Virus record (IMG/VR): IMGVR_UViG_3300016659_000208
Coordinates: 1-59,143 of that record
DNA: 59,143 nt
Strand: one strand, 5' to 3'
From: a virus
Lineage: Duplodnaviria; Caudoviricetes
How positions within the stretch are numbered: the stretch's first letter is position 1; each line of letters begins with the position of its first letter. Of the stretch, positions 47,773 through 58,099 are shown piece after piece. The position numbers and the translations under genes are program-made. The notes below the pieces were generated by a model. The model saw only the letters and a list, made by a program, of their open reading frames with translations. It was not told where the DNA came from and did no database searches.

Positions 47773-48240
47773 ATGGCTGCTATAGTTTTAAACTCCTTAT
47801 CCGTTCCATTATCAGGTGCTCTGTACAAGGATTTATTACTAGATTTGAAAATAGGATATACACAAAATCTAGAATTAGAGAAACGTAGAGAAATTAAGGA
47901 TTTACGGCGCTCTGATGATATAGGAGCAATAAAAAACAGTTTATTTAATTTATTTACTACTATGCCTGGACAAAAAATATTAAACCCTATTTATGGTTTA
48001 AATCTCATGCAATATTTGTTTGTACCAGTATCACCTTCGCAAGCTCAAATAATAGGAGAATCTATTTTTTCCGGGATAAGAAAATTTGAACCAAGAGTAC
48101 AGGTCCGTAACATTAATGTCGAAGCCAATATTAATGAAAACGAATATAAAATTTCTTTATTGCTAGATGTGCCTTCTCTTAACATACAAGGTGTTACTAT
48201 AAACAGTTCATTAAACGATTCTGGATATTATTTTAACTGA
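47773..48240 (+). CDS. gp25: Baseplate wedge gp25
   Basis: IKNSL.N..TT.PG....P.YG, FEPRV; TAAATA(47763-47768)-N4-ATG. Confidence 0.88.
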   Translation: MAAIVLNSLSVPLSGALYKDLLLDLKIGYTQNLELEKRREIKDLRRSDDIGAIKNSLFNLFTTMPGQKILNPIYGLNLMQYLFVPVSPSQAQIIGESIFSGIRKFEPRVQVRNINVEANINENEYKISLLLDVPSLNIQGVTINSSLNDSGYYFN

Positions 48241-48241
48241 T

Positions 48242-50119
48242 ATGACTACCAATATAACAGCAAACCCTTTCAACCTACCAATTAACGCATACGCGGCATT
48301 TGATGCTTCTAATCTAAAATCATTAATGATCCAGCGTCTAAATGAAGGAGGCGTTTTTACAGATCAAATTTATGAAGGCAGCAACTTTAATAGTTTGCTA
48401 GATGTTATTGCCTACAGTTACAATGTTTTGTTGTTTTATCTTAACAAAACTGCAAGCGAGAGCGTTTTTAGTCAAGCACAATTGTATGAAAATATGAGCC
48501 GTATAGTAAAATTACTGAATTACAATCCCTCTGGATACCAGACAAGTATTTTAACATTTGAAGCAGTTGCGCCCTCCACCCTCCCTGCAGGGGTTTACAC
48601 TATACCAAGATATTCTTATTTTACTGTCAACGGTATTTCTTATACATTTACCGAGGATGCATCCTTTACAAAAGAGACCGATCTTGAGGAGTCGCTGCCA
48701 GGATTAGCAAATACATCAGTTTTATTTCAAGGCACAATGATACCGTATCCTGTCTACATAGCTAACGGTGCACCTTACGAAGAGTTTAGTATTGTAAGTA
48801 ACAGTGATACAGGGGAGCCAGAGATTATAGATCATAGCTCTATTCATGTGTATGTTACCAATGAATTAGGTCGATATGAAAAATGGGACCAGGTAAATAG
48901 TTTATATTTGCAAACATCAAATAGCAAGACTTATGAATGCAGAATTAATGAAAATCAAAACTATATAATAAAGTTTGGAAATGATATTAATGGAAAGCAA
49001 TTATTACCAAATAGTGTAGTAAGTGTATTTTATTTAAAAAGTGACGGGGCAATTGGTCAGATAGGACCCAGGCTTTTAGATGGTAATAAATTATTTCTTT
49101 ACAATCAATCTTTATTTAATAGAATTTTCAATGATGTAAAAGGCAATGCAACATACTTAACAAGTACCGAGGCAGAATCATTAGTGTTTACAAACCCTAC
49201 ACCGAGCACGGCTTTTAAAGGCTTAGAGACGGTAAACGATATACGGCAAAATGCGCCCAATATATTTAAAACTCAATACAGGCTAGTAACTACAGATGAT
49301 TTTGAAACTTACATTAAAAATACATTCGGTAATTTTATTAATGATGTTAGCGTACTTAATAATTGGGAATACCTCGCAGAGCACGTGAGATATCTATACA
49401 ATTTAGGACTAAAGGCACCAAATAATGATAGTAGAGTATTGTTTAACCAGGTAACGTTTGCCGATAGCTGTGATTTTAATAATCTATACATATATATTGT
49501 TCCTAAAATACAAAATAATAGTATTAATAGTTCAACGATTCGCAATAATTTTTTAAACACTGGACTTAAAGATAAAATTATTACACAGCTACAAAACCTA
49601 AAAATGGCTACTAGCGAGTTAATAATTATGGACCCTGTCTATATAGCAGTGACTTTAGGAGTTGCAAGCACAACTGAAATTAATAATAAACAACTGACCA
49701 CGACTATTGGAAACGAAACATATTTAACAATAGGTAGATCACCTAATAGTAGATTATCTGAAAATGAAATAAAATCAAAAATAACTAATATATTTAAAGA
49801 ATACTTTAGTGTTGAAAATTGTAAAATTGGTCAGACTATTAGTATATCGTATCTTGCAGCATCAATACTTAGTATTGATGGTGTAACATCATTAATTACA
49901 GAAAGAGAGGTCAACGGTCAACAAATTGTAACAAGCGGGCTTAGCTTGCTGATGTTTAATCCTGTTTATTCGGAAAAAGATGAAGATATTGGCGTGTATA
50001 CGCAAAATCTTTTATTACCTAATTTTAAAATACCATACCTGTACAATGCTGATGAAATATTCTCTCACATTAAAGTGGTAACACCCGATACACAAGAAAA
50101 AAGCTTGAGGGAATATTAA
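48242..50119 (+). CDS. gp6: Baseplate wedge gp6
   Basis: FTD..YEGS....LLD..AY, ES....AQ, Y.P, FG....G, R.VT.DD. Confidence 0.85.
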   Translation: MTTNITANPFNLPINAYAAFDASNLKSLMIQRLNEGGVFTDQIYEGSNFNSLLDVIAYSYNVLLFYLNKTASESVFSQAQLYENMSRIVKLLNYNPSGYQTSILTFEAVAPSTLPAGVYTIPRYSYFTVNGISYTFTEDASFTKETDLEESLPGLANTSVLFQGTMIPYPVYIANGAPYEEFSIVSNSDTGEPEIIDHSSIHVYVTNELGRYEKWDQVNSLYLQTSNSKTYECRINENQNYIIKFGNDINGKQLLPNSVVSVFYLKSDGAIGQIGPRLLDGNKLFLYNQSLFNRIFNDVKGNATYLTSTEAESLVFTNPTPSTAFKGLETVNDIRQNAPNIFKTQYRLVTTDDFETYIKNTFGNFINDVSVLNNWEYLAEHVRYLYNLGLKAPNNDSRVLFNQVTFADSCDFNNLYIYIVPKIQNNSINSSTIRNNFLNTGLKDKIITQLQNLKMATSELIIMDPVYIAVTLGVASTTEINNKQLTTTIGNETYLTIGRSPNSRLSENEIKSKITNIFKEYFSVENCKIGQTISISYLAASILSIDGVTSLITEREVNGQQIVTSGLSLLMFNPVYSEKDEDIGVYTQNLLLPNFKIPYLYNADEIFSHIKVVTPDTQEKSLREY

Positions 50120-50120
50120 A

Positions 50121-53100
50121 ATGCCTGAGCTGGGTATAAGCATTAGTTCGACTGTTCTCGTGAATAGCACAGTACAAAATTACAAAAGCTATACACTTTC
50201 AAATACACCTTTTTATTTTAAACTGCTTTGGTCTGAGAATAGCAGCAATTACAGTCAATATAAAATAATTTGGGATTTTGATGATGGTACGATAATTGTA
50301 GGGGCTAGTGCTTCTCATTATTACAAGTTTCCTGGAGAATATCAAGTCAGAGCAACTATCTTTGATAAACAGGGTAATGCGTACCAGTTAACGAATAATC
50401 AGAAATTAAGCGTATTTAACGTAATGCCTGACACATTAGTTTTCGATAGATTACCTCCCTCTAGACTTGAAGGGTTATACTTATTGCCTGCCGGTAAAAA
50501 AAGTGAACCATTAAAAATTTTTAGATATAATAGCTGGCAGAATGATAGAAAGTTATCTGAGACTGGTTATACAATAAATTTATATGCATCAGGATCAAAT
50601 AGTACTTATTATTCACCAGAAGAGTATTACAGTGGAAAATATTCTCATTTAAGAAATTTTTTCGGGTTTGTTGAGGACACTGTTTTTGAAAATACATTAA
50701 ATACAAAAATTATAGATAAAACCACTACTACATCGGTTAGTGTGTTCGCGACACCAATTTTTGATGAGTTTGGTGAAATTACTTTTAAGATAACCACGAC
50801 TCCTGACAACACAACTGCATTTGCTGGAACCACTGGCAGTTCATTTTCTTCAAACAAAAAAATAATTTACATAGATCAGACACCATCTGGTCCTAAGAAA
50901 AACGATTTAATATTTTTATACGCACATTTCGATACAGTAGGATTTGAAGATAAATTTATTAACCGATACAATGCTAATTCATATTTAGCACCTACAGTTT
51001 ATGGATTTAACAACACTGCTTGGCAGGCCCAGTATTTAAAATCTGTTTTTAATCCTGCTAGTACTATAGCTATAACAAGCAATGGTATAACAACTGAAGG
51101 TAATAGTGATTTTATAGGGCCACTCTCTGCACAACAAATTAGCTCTTTTTGTATATATCCTGTAAAATGGACAGACTCTAATATTTCATTTTGCTGTACT
51201 TTTAAAGATAGTGATAATTATACTACTAAAAATTATCCACCTATAACTGGTTTTAGATATGATGGTCAATTACCTACAGAATTAAATTCTATTAGTTTGA
51301 GTTTAGTTAAAATTAAAACACGTCAACCTGAGCTTAGCAGCATTCAATTAAAAAACACTTCACAAAATTATGATTATGAACGTATTAGCAATGCGACTTT
51401 TGTCAAAAATAATACTGTACCGCAATTTAAAGATTCCAGTTATTTTTGTGGTTTGCTAAAGACAGATACCGCAGTGAATAAAGTTGTAATTAGTGCCTGT
51501 GCATTAATACAGGATAGTCCTATTTTAAACCTAGGAATTACCTATGGGTATGCAGGTCAGCCCGGGCTCAATAATATTAAACGTTTTAGTAAAAAAATTG
51601 CTTTTGATCATAGATATTCAGAAAGCTTGGTGTTTGATATAATAAGAACGGATGTTAGTAATATTCCAACTGAACACAACTCGAGTGTAGGTATATCTGT
51701 ATTGCCTTTTGCAAATTTTCGTAAAGGACAAAATAGAATTTATGTGACGGATGCTGATAATGATAGATTGCAGATTTATACACCAGAAAGCGATCTAGTA
51801 GGTACAATAAATTTTAGATATGCATATGTAAATACGGGGGCAAATACTCTACCCTTGACTGCTAATTTACTTGGAGATTTAGTTGGCTCAACGCCAGCAA
51901 GTATTGCTTTAGATAGCACTGGCAGTGCTTGGGTTTCTTTATACGATGCTATTTCTTGTTTTAAGTTTGATTATAATACATTAACTATTACTGCATGTGC
52001 GTGTCCTCCTTTTAAAAATGAGCTGCTCGATAGTTCTATGTATTTAGATTTGTACGGGTATACGGGCGAAAACACCTTAACACCAGCAAGTATCGATACA
52101 GACGCAGAAGATAATCTAGTAGTTGGGTATAGTCATCCACTCTCAGGATTAATTGTAAAGTATAGTAGTACAGGCAGTTATATAAGCCATAAAATATTAC
52201 CTAGATTTACATCAATTCAAGAAATATTAATAGACAGACTTAATAACATATATGTATCAGTAAAAAATTTAAAACTAAATAGGACTGATCCACATTTAAT
52301 TACTGATTATCTATATAAATTTACTTCAGATTTAGAATTAGATAGAAACTTTCCAATCTCTATAAAAAATATTGGTCGCTTAACAATTGATCTAAACCAA
52401 AATATATACGCAAATAGTACATCATCTATGTTTGTACGAGTATCGCCAACCGGCATTGTAACCACTATAAATATGACAATATATCCAGTGACTTACATGC
52501 AATATATAGGAGGTATTGCATGTGACGAAGAAGGCTTTTTATGGTTATTACACAATCAAACTGGAAAAATATATTTTTATCCAACTGAACCGTTAGTACA
52601 ATATCCATTATCGGCAATATTTTGTGGTGATTTGCCTGATATAGAAAAATCTATACCGCAAGGAGGTCAAGCTTCATATTCAGTTGTTGGTGATTGGACA
52701 GGTGTTAGATGGATAAACAAATACTCAAAAAATAATGTTGTTCCTAGATATATTTCAGGTACAAGCAATCTTTTTACTATTTTGCAAAATAAACCTGTTG
52801 TGTATAAAGTTAATGAAGATTTCGATATGAGTAATACACTTAAAAGCTATGTATTGCAAGAATCATTTTCAAATAAACCTGATCTTTTTGATAATTTTGT
52901 TGGTCAAATAGTAGGTGATGCAGATAGTCTTCCAACAGATTTGGGTAAAACTATTTATGAAAAAATAGCTAATTTTGTACTTAACAAAAGCGATATAGAT
53001 GTTTGTGATATAGATAGTTTAAAAAGCATGTTTTTAATGTATGGTAAAACGTTAGAAGATTTTAATATTAATTATCCGTCAAAATTATCTAGAGTTATGA

Positions 53101-53606
53101 ATCTTCTAAGCATAAAGCACAGTAAACTTTTTGGCTCGCCAAATTTATTTAATAGAAATTTTAGCCGCTATGATATAGAAAAAAATCTTGGGCCTGAAAT
53201 TGATGTACTGAAAGGAACTTTTATACCTGGAGAGCCTATCATTGCATTCGAGAAATTTAGTGAAAAATATAAATTAATATATACAACACTTGTTCCAACA
53301 ACAGACAGTATTACATGTGTTGAAGGTGTACCTTATCCACTTAGCGGGGTAAATTACAAATGGGGTTGGGGACTAATTACACAAAATAATAGCGACGTTG
53401 GTGTAGCAATTGGACAATTTTATAAATTCTATAAATACTTGCCATACATGCCACAAACATCAACAGGAAGCATTATAGATTTTAATAACGAACTCACAAC
53501 ACTTACTAACACTCAAAGCTCATATAACACCTGGACTGCGTACGGTGGCTCAATGGATGTTATTTTGTCACGAGCTTTACATGAAGGATTAAATTTATAT
53601 GATTAA
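50121..53606 (+). CDS. Large baseplate-associated protein with PKD domain and beta-propeller-like repeats
   Basis: WDFDDG...H.Y..PG.Y.V (PKD); NHL-like repeats (IYVTD..N.R.Q, IALD..G..WV, ID...NIY); follows gp6 (gp7 position). Confidence 0.6.
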   Translation: MPELGISISSTVLVNSTVQNYKSYTLSNTPFYFKLLWSENSSNYSQYKIIWDFDDGTIIVGASASHYYKFPGEYQVRATIFDKQGNAYQLTNNQKLSVFNVMPDTLVFDRLPPSRLEGLYLLPAGKKSEPLKIFRYNSWQNDRKLSETGYTINLYASGSNSTYYSPEEYYSGKYSHLRNFFGFVEDTVFENTLNTKIIDKTTTTSVSVFATPIFDEFGEITFKITTTPDNTTAFAGTTGSSFSSNKKIIYIDQTPSGPKKNDLIFLYAHFDTVGFEDKFINRYNANSYLAPTVYGFNNTAWQAQYLKSVFNPASTIAITSNGITTEGNSDFIGPLSAQQISSFCIYPVKWTDSNISFCCTFKDSDNYTTKNYPPITGFRYDGQLPTELNSISLSLVKIKTRQPELSSIQLKNTSQNYDYERISNATFVKNNTVPQFKDSSYFCGLLKTDTAVNKVVISACALIQDSPILNLGITYGYAGQPGLNNIKRFSKKIAFDHRYSESLVFDIIRTDVSNIPTEHNSSVGISVLPFANFRKGQNRIYVTDADNDRLQIYTPESDLVGTINFRYAYVNTGANTLPLTANLLGDLVGSTPASIALDSTGSAWVSLYDAISCFKFDYNTLTITACACPPFKNELLDSSMYLDLYGYTGENTLTPASIDTDAEDNLVVGYSHPLSGLIVKYSSTGSYISHKILPRFTSIQEILIDRLNNIYVSVKNLKLNRTDPHLITDYLYKFTSDLELDRNFPISIKNIGRLTIDLNQNIYANSTSSMFVRVSPTGIVTTINMTIYPVTYMQYIGGIACDEEGFLWLLHNQTGKIYFYPTEPLVQYPLSAIFCGDLPDIEKSIPQGGQASYSVVGDWTGVRWINKYSKNNVVPRYISGTSNLFTILQNKPVVYKVNEDFDMSNTLKSYVLQESFSNKPDLFDNFVGQIVGDADSLPTDLGKTIYEKIANFVLNKSDIDVCDIDSLKSMFLMYGKTLEDFNINYPSKLSRVMNLLSIKHSKLFGSPNLFNRNFSRYDIEKNLGPEIDVLKGTFIPGEPIIAFEKFSEKYKLIYTTLVPTTDSITCVEGVPYPLSGVNYKWGWGLITQNNSDVGVAIGQFYKFYKYLPYMPQTSTGSIIDFNNELTTLTNTQSSYNTWTAYGGSMDVILSRALHEGLNLYD

Positions 53607-56600
53607 TTCCATTTTAAATAATAATAATTTACATGCAAAAGATAATGAAGAACCGTTTTCCTTTATTGAATGGTTAAAACATAGCACTTCGACTATATCT
53701 GATATAAATCAACAATTTACTAATTATAAAAATTATATAATTAGCTGGACTGAGAAAAAATCTTTCGATAAAAAAGACCTAGAAAAAACTTTACAAGCAT
53801 CTTATGTACAGGTTTTAAGAGAGATAGTCATATCATACAGTACAGAAGAAGAAAGAAGATTTATCAATAATGTAGATTTTAATAATGCTAGTGATGTAGA
53901 GATTATATTGCCGTTTTTTATTAATAAACTCAAGCAGATTTGTCTTTTTTATACTACTGCACGGGAAAATATAAAATATACTCCCATTGAATACGCAATG
54001 AGAGGTACCAGTGCAGGTATAAAAAAGTTAGTTAAAGATCTAATTTTTACTACAGCGCAGCTTGATATTTCTTTTGATTCGGAACCTTGCTTTTTTCCAC
54101 CTATATCAGCAATTGCAAAAGATCTTGATGTGTATGTAGAAGAATTATATGATGAAACAGATAATTATTTTAATCAACCTGCTTCTTCAACTTCAACTAC
54201 ACTTCAAAACACTTCATCAACTAATTTAATTTTTAGTAATTTATATATTGATTTAAAGCAAGCATTTATTGATGCAATTAATCAATATCCTTTTTATATT
54301 AGTTCATTGAGAAATCTGTTCTCTATTAATCCATCGCTCTGTGGTACTGAATATGGGTATTTAAAAGAAAGAGATTTTATAAATTATTTTAACGATGGAG
54401 TTTCTGATAGTTTAAAGTTAAATTTACTTAAAAAATTAGCACCCAAATATTTAGCTAATAATTTTTTTTATTTAAGCACAGGTAACACTAGCACTAATTT
54501 AGTTTCTGGTCTATTATTCACTGTAGCTCCTCTAACCGGGGCACCTACTTTAAATTTTTTAAATAGACACGCGCCGACAGTTGCAACTGTGCCAAATTTA
54601 AACGATTTATATGCTGATTATGAATTAGGAAGATTTTTTTTACCGCAATATCATGGTATTTTAATACATTCAGTACCCAATAAAAAATATGTTATTGATA
54701 CAACTAAATTACAAGCAAATAAAATTTATGTATTTCCCGATCCTGACATTATTGGCAATGTTTCATACAATAGTGGTATTGAGCATAACGAACTACCATT
54801 GACTTATACTATAGATGTTACGCACACCAAAGTTAGTAGGGGCAATCAATATAAATTTGGCGACATTCTTGCAACATCTTATGATGCATTGTATTATGGA
54901 TACCAGAGTAGAGAACAAGATCTTAATTTAAATGCAACAGGTGTGTGTCGTGTTCAAGTTAATCTAGATTTTTGGACTGGAGATAAAAAAAATATCTGGA
55001 AAAATAGAGATTTATGGCCAGGTATTGATACAGTAGATGAATACCCGTTACTAGCTAGACAAGAAAGCTTGCTTGTTAATAGAGGCACACCGCTGTATTG
55101 GGGAAACGATTTGTTTGGAAATGATTATTGTGTAGTTAAAGAAATTGATAATCTTAAAACAACTGATATAGTTTTAGATGAAGGTGTTATACCTGGTTAC
55201 AATACTGTACCGGAGCAAAATACTTCTAATATAGAAGAAAGTTCTATTTTCGAGAAAAAGTATGATATTTATGGAACTCTATTTGTAAGAGATGCTTTTA
55301 CTAATATTGTTACGGTAGGCTCTTTAGCATTAAGTTCAGTTTTTGCAAGGTATCCTAGACCTATTCAACAAGAAATTATTGATGGGGTGCGTTATTTTGC
55401 TATGTACGGTAATACATTTGTGCTAGAGACTAACAAAACCGTGATAATTGATACTATTAACTATATTTACAATAAAAACCAGCTGACCCCACAATTACCG
55501 TACGGTTTATTGTTAAGTAAATTTAACTTAAGTGAAAAATTAGAACGATTTGCTGGTGAGTGGTATTCGGAAGAAGAGAATATATTGTATGTATGTATGC
55601 TTGAAGTTGATCCGGGAGGCTACAAATCAAGCTTTAGATCTCTTTATCCAAAAATATATTCAATTAATGTAGATACTCTTAAATGGAGACTTGTTTATCC
55701 AAATTTTAGCGAACAGTTTCGTTCTATTTATTCATTAAGTTCAGTAAATTCCGAACCTCCAAATTTAAATATATTTAAATTAGAAGGTATTAGTTTTGAA
55801 TTCCTACAAAAAAATAATACTTTTAATTTAGCTTATTTAGGAAAAAATTTAAATGGATTGCCACTAATAGTAAACGAGCAGCTCTATAAAGTTGAACCAT
55901 TTCTTAAAACATACCAACCTCAATTATTTCAACCCTTTTTATTTAATGTAGATACTAATTACTATACATCAACTTTATCCTATTTGACTCGGCATGTAGG
56001 GTCTACCACGGGTATTATAGGGACACACACGTACCGTGAGGGAAGATTTGCAACTTCAACTTTTACATCTAGCGGGGTAAATTATATGTTTTGCGACGGG
56101 GTAAAACCTTTACAAATTAATGAGCCGGGTAGATATGTTGTACAGTTTGACTGGGAATCTTATACAGATGTAACTGTTTTTATAGGTTGCTCCGCATTTA
56201 ATGTTCGTAATACAGATTATTTTCTTTTTTGGGATGCAGATACTAGCAGAACATCAAAATTAGAGGTAAAACAGACATATTCAATAGTCTATGAAAAAAC
56301 GTCTGCAATACGTTTTAATGTTGAGATAACGCGGTTGCAGAAGGATCCCTCACTTGTACAGATAGATGTCTTTTCTATCAACGAAAGCGCTGGACCACTT
56401 TGCATTAGTACAGAGAATATTTATAAATTAATATCAATTAAAAAAAGCGGGGAAGGTGAAGGTGTTGTTGTATCAGATCCTTTTTGTATTGATTGTAATT
56501 CAAAATGTTCAGAGTTTTTTGGGTATAATACTACAATTACATTGATTGCTAGTGCAGATTATTGGAGCGTATTTGATAGATGGATTGAGGGTCCCTGTTC

Positions 56601-58089
56601 TGATACAAATACAGATTGCATTTTTACTGTAACATCCGCATACAATATAATAGCTAAATTTAACAAAATACCTACTTTTGAGATAAAAGTTACAACCCCA
56701 GCTGGCAAAGTTTTTACCCAAGATTTAAGATTAATCGTAGATGCAGGTAACGGGGAAGATGGTGAAAAAACAAGAGCTGTGGTTTACCCTGCCTACAGAC
56801 TGGTTACTCTATCTGCTGTTACACCGATTTCTGGTTGGGTCATGTATGGATACGATGGGGGAGCATGTAACGGTGTTATTAGCGATAGATGTACTTTTTT
56901 TGCATCACAGCCCATGAAAATATATGCCAATTACATTAGATACTATGAGTATCCCCTTACAATAGCTGTAACATCATACGTTCAAGCTCAGTCATCTGTA
57001 TATAATTCTATTGATATTGGATTGGATAATGTACTTAACGGCATTCGAACAAGAACCCCTGTATATTTTTACAACTGTAATAGTTCTTGCGTATTCATGA
57101 CAACAGGTACAAATACATCACTGTATAAAAATCAAATAGCCTCTTTAAGTGCGAACCCTGGCCCTGGGAGAAGATTAAAATTTTGGATCGGGGATTTAGA
57201 TTGCAATCAAGAAGAATATACAACAAAGAAACTTTCTACAGACCCTACAGATGTTGTAAACCGAGGATTTATCTGTAATTTAGAAATGGATAGACCGCGT
57301 AGCGTTGGAGGGGTATTTGATATTGGTTATTATACGTTGACTATCATTAATTCTGGTGATGGTAGAGGTGAGGTATTTAATGTTCCTAGAAGACCTTTTG
57401 ACGGGTTATCAAACGAAGATCCAATGTTTAGAGATACTTTAGAAGGCAAATCTTCTGTAAAATATGCTGTGTTAAGCGGTACAACATTAACTGTCTATTG
57501 TACAGCGTTACGAGGCAATACGTTTTTAACCCTCTCAAGTGAATTTTGCCCAGAAGCAATTGACGGTGTAAGTGCATGCCCTGGTATCAATATGTACAAA
57601 GATATAACAGTTATAGCAACATTTTCTGCAATTGATTTCTATCCTTTGGAAATAATAAATTTAGCAACTTGCGGCGTTACAATTACAGCATTTCCCCCAG
57701 GCCGATTTAATATACGTATTGACTGTCCAGCTGGCGGGGTCTGTAGTACTTCATACCCACAAGATAAGGTAGTTGATATAGGACCAACTAATGAAACGTA
57801 TGTATATGTTGCGTCTGCAAATGCTATGTTTCCTGTATGCGATATATGGTATTTTGATGCTGATGAGGGTAGCAAATTGGAATTTGATTATCAAAATTTA
57901 GATGGTAGCTTATTGTTGCCAAAAGCTAACAAAAGATGGAAATTAAAAGACAGATTTTCTTTGGTTGATGGTAGTATAATCTTAACCCCGGGTGGTGCCC
58001 CTTACGCATCCGGTACTGGTATTATAGTATCCCCGAATGCATATGCGATAATGTCAACAAACTTAACAGTAACAGCAGTTCCAATTTAA
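53599..58089 (+). CDS. Large virion structural protein with C-terminal Cys-containing InlB-B-like repeats
   Basis: 1496 aa; about 5 repeats of G.G.V...C...TITL.A....F..W.G.C....C.......A.F. Confidence 0.6.
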   Translation: MINSILNNNNLHAKDNEEPFSFIEWLKHSTSTISDINQQFTNYKNYIISWTEKKSFDKKDLEKTLQASYVQVLREIVISYSTEEERRFINNVDFNNASDVEIILPFFINKLKQICLFYTTARENIKYTPIEYAMRGTSAGIKKLVKDLIFTTAQLDISFDSEPCFFPPISAIAKDLDVYVEELYDETDNYFNQPASSTSTTLQNTSSTNLIFSNLYIDLKQAFIDAINQYPFYISSLRNLFSINPSLCGTEYGYLKERDFINYFNDGVSDSLKLNLLKKLAPKYLANNFFYLSTGNTSTNLVSGLLFTVAPLTGAPTLNFLNRHAPTVATVPNLNDLYADYELGRFFLPQYHGILIHSVPNKKYVIDTTKLQANKIYVFPDPDIIGNVSYNSGIEHNELPLTYTIDVTHTKVSRGNQYKFGDILATSYDALYYGYQSREQDLNLNATGVCRVQVNLDFWTGDKKNIWKNRDLWPGIDTVDEYPLLARQESLLVNRGTPLYWGNDLFGNDYCVVKEIDNLKTTDIVLDEGVIPGYNTVPEQNTSNIEESSIFEKKYDIYGTLFVRDAFTNIVTVGSLALSSVFARYPRPIQQEIIDGVRYFAMYGNTFVLETNKTVIIDTINYIYNKNQLTPQLPYGLLLSKFNLSEKLERFAGEWYSEEENILYVCMLEVDPGGYKSSFRSLYPKIYSINVDTLKWRLVYPNFSEQFRSIYSLSSVNSEPPNLNIFKLEGISFEFLQKNNTFNLAYLGKNLNGLPLIVNEQLYKVEPFLKTYQPQLFQPFLFNVDTNYYTSTLSYLTRHVGSTTGIIGTHTYREGRFATSTFTSSGVNYMFCDGVKPLQINEPGRYVVQFDWESYTDVTVFIGCSAFNVRNTDYFLFWDADTSRTSKLEVKQTYSIVYEKTSAIRFNVEITRLQKDPSLVQIDVFSINESAGPLCISTENIYKLISIKKSGEGEGVVVSDPFCIDCNSKCSEFFGYNTTITLIASADYWSVFDRWIEGPCSDTNTDCIFTVTSAYNIIAKFNKIPTFEIKVTTPAGKVFTQDLRLIVDAGNGEDGEKTRAVVYPAYRLVTLSAVTPISGWVMYGYDGGACNGVISDRCTFFASQPMKIYANYIRYYEYPLTIAVTSYVQAQSSVYNSIDIGLDNVLNGIRTRTPVYFYNCNSSCVFMTTGTNTSLYKNQIASLSANPGPGRRLKFWIGDLDCNQEEYTTKKLSTDPTDVVNRGFICNLEMDRPRSVGGVFDIGYYTLTIINSGDGRGEVFNVPRRPFDGLSNEDPMFRDTLEGKSSVKYAVLSGTTLTVYCTALRGNTFLTLSSEFCPEAIDGVSACPGINMYKDITVIATFSAIDFYPLEIINLATCGVTITAFPPGRFNIRIDCPAGGVCSTSYPQDKVVDIGPTNETYVYVASANAMFPVCDIWYFDADEGSKLEFDYQNLDGSLLLPKANKRWKLKDRFSLVDGSIILTPGGAPYASGTGIIVSPNAYAIMSTNLTVTAVPI

Positions 58090-58099
58090 ATAATATTAT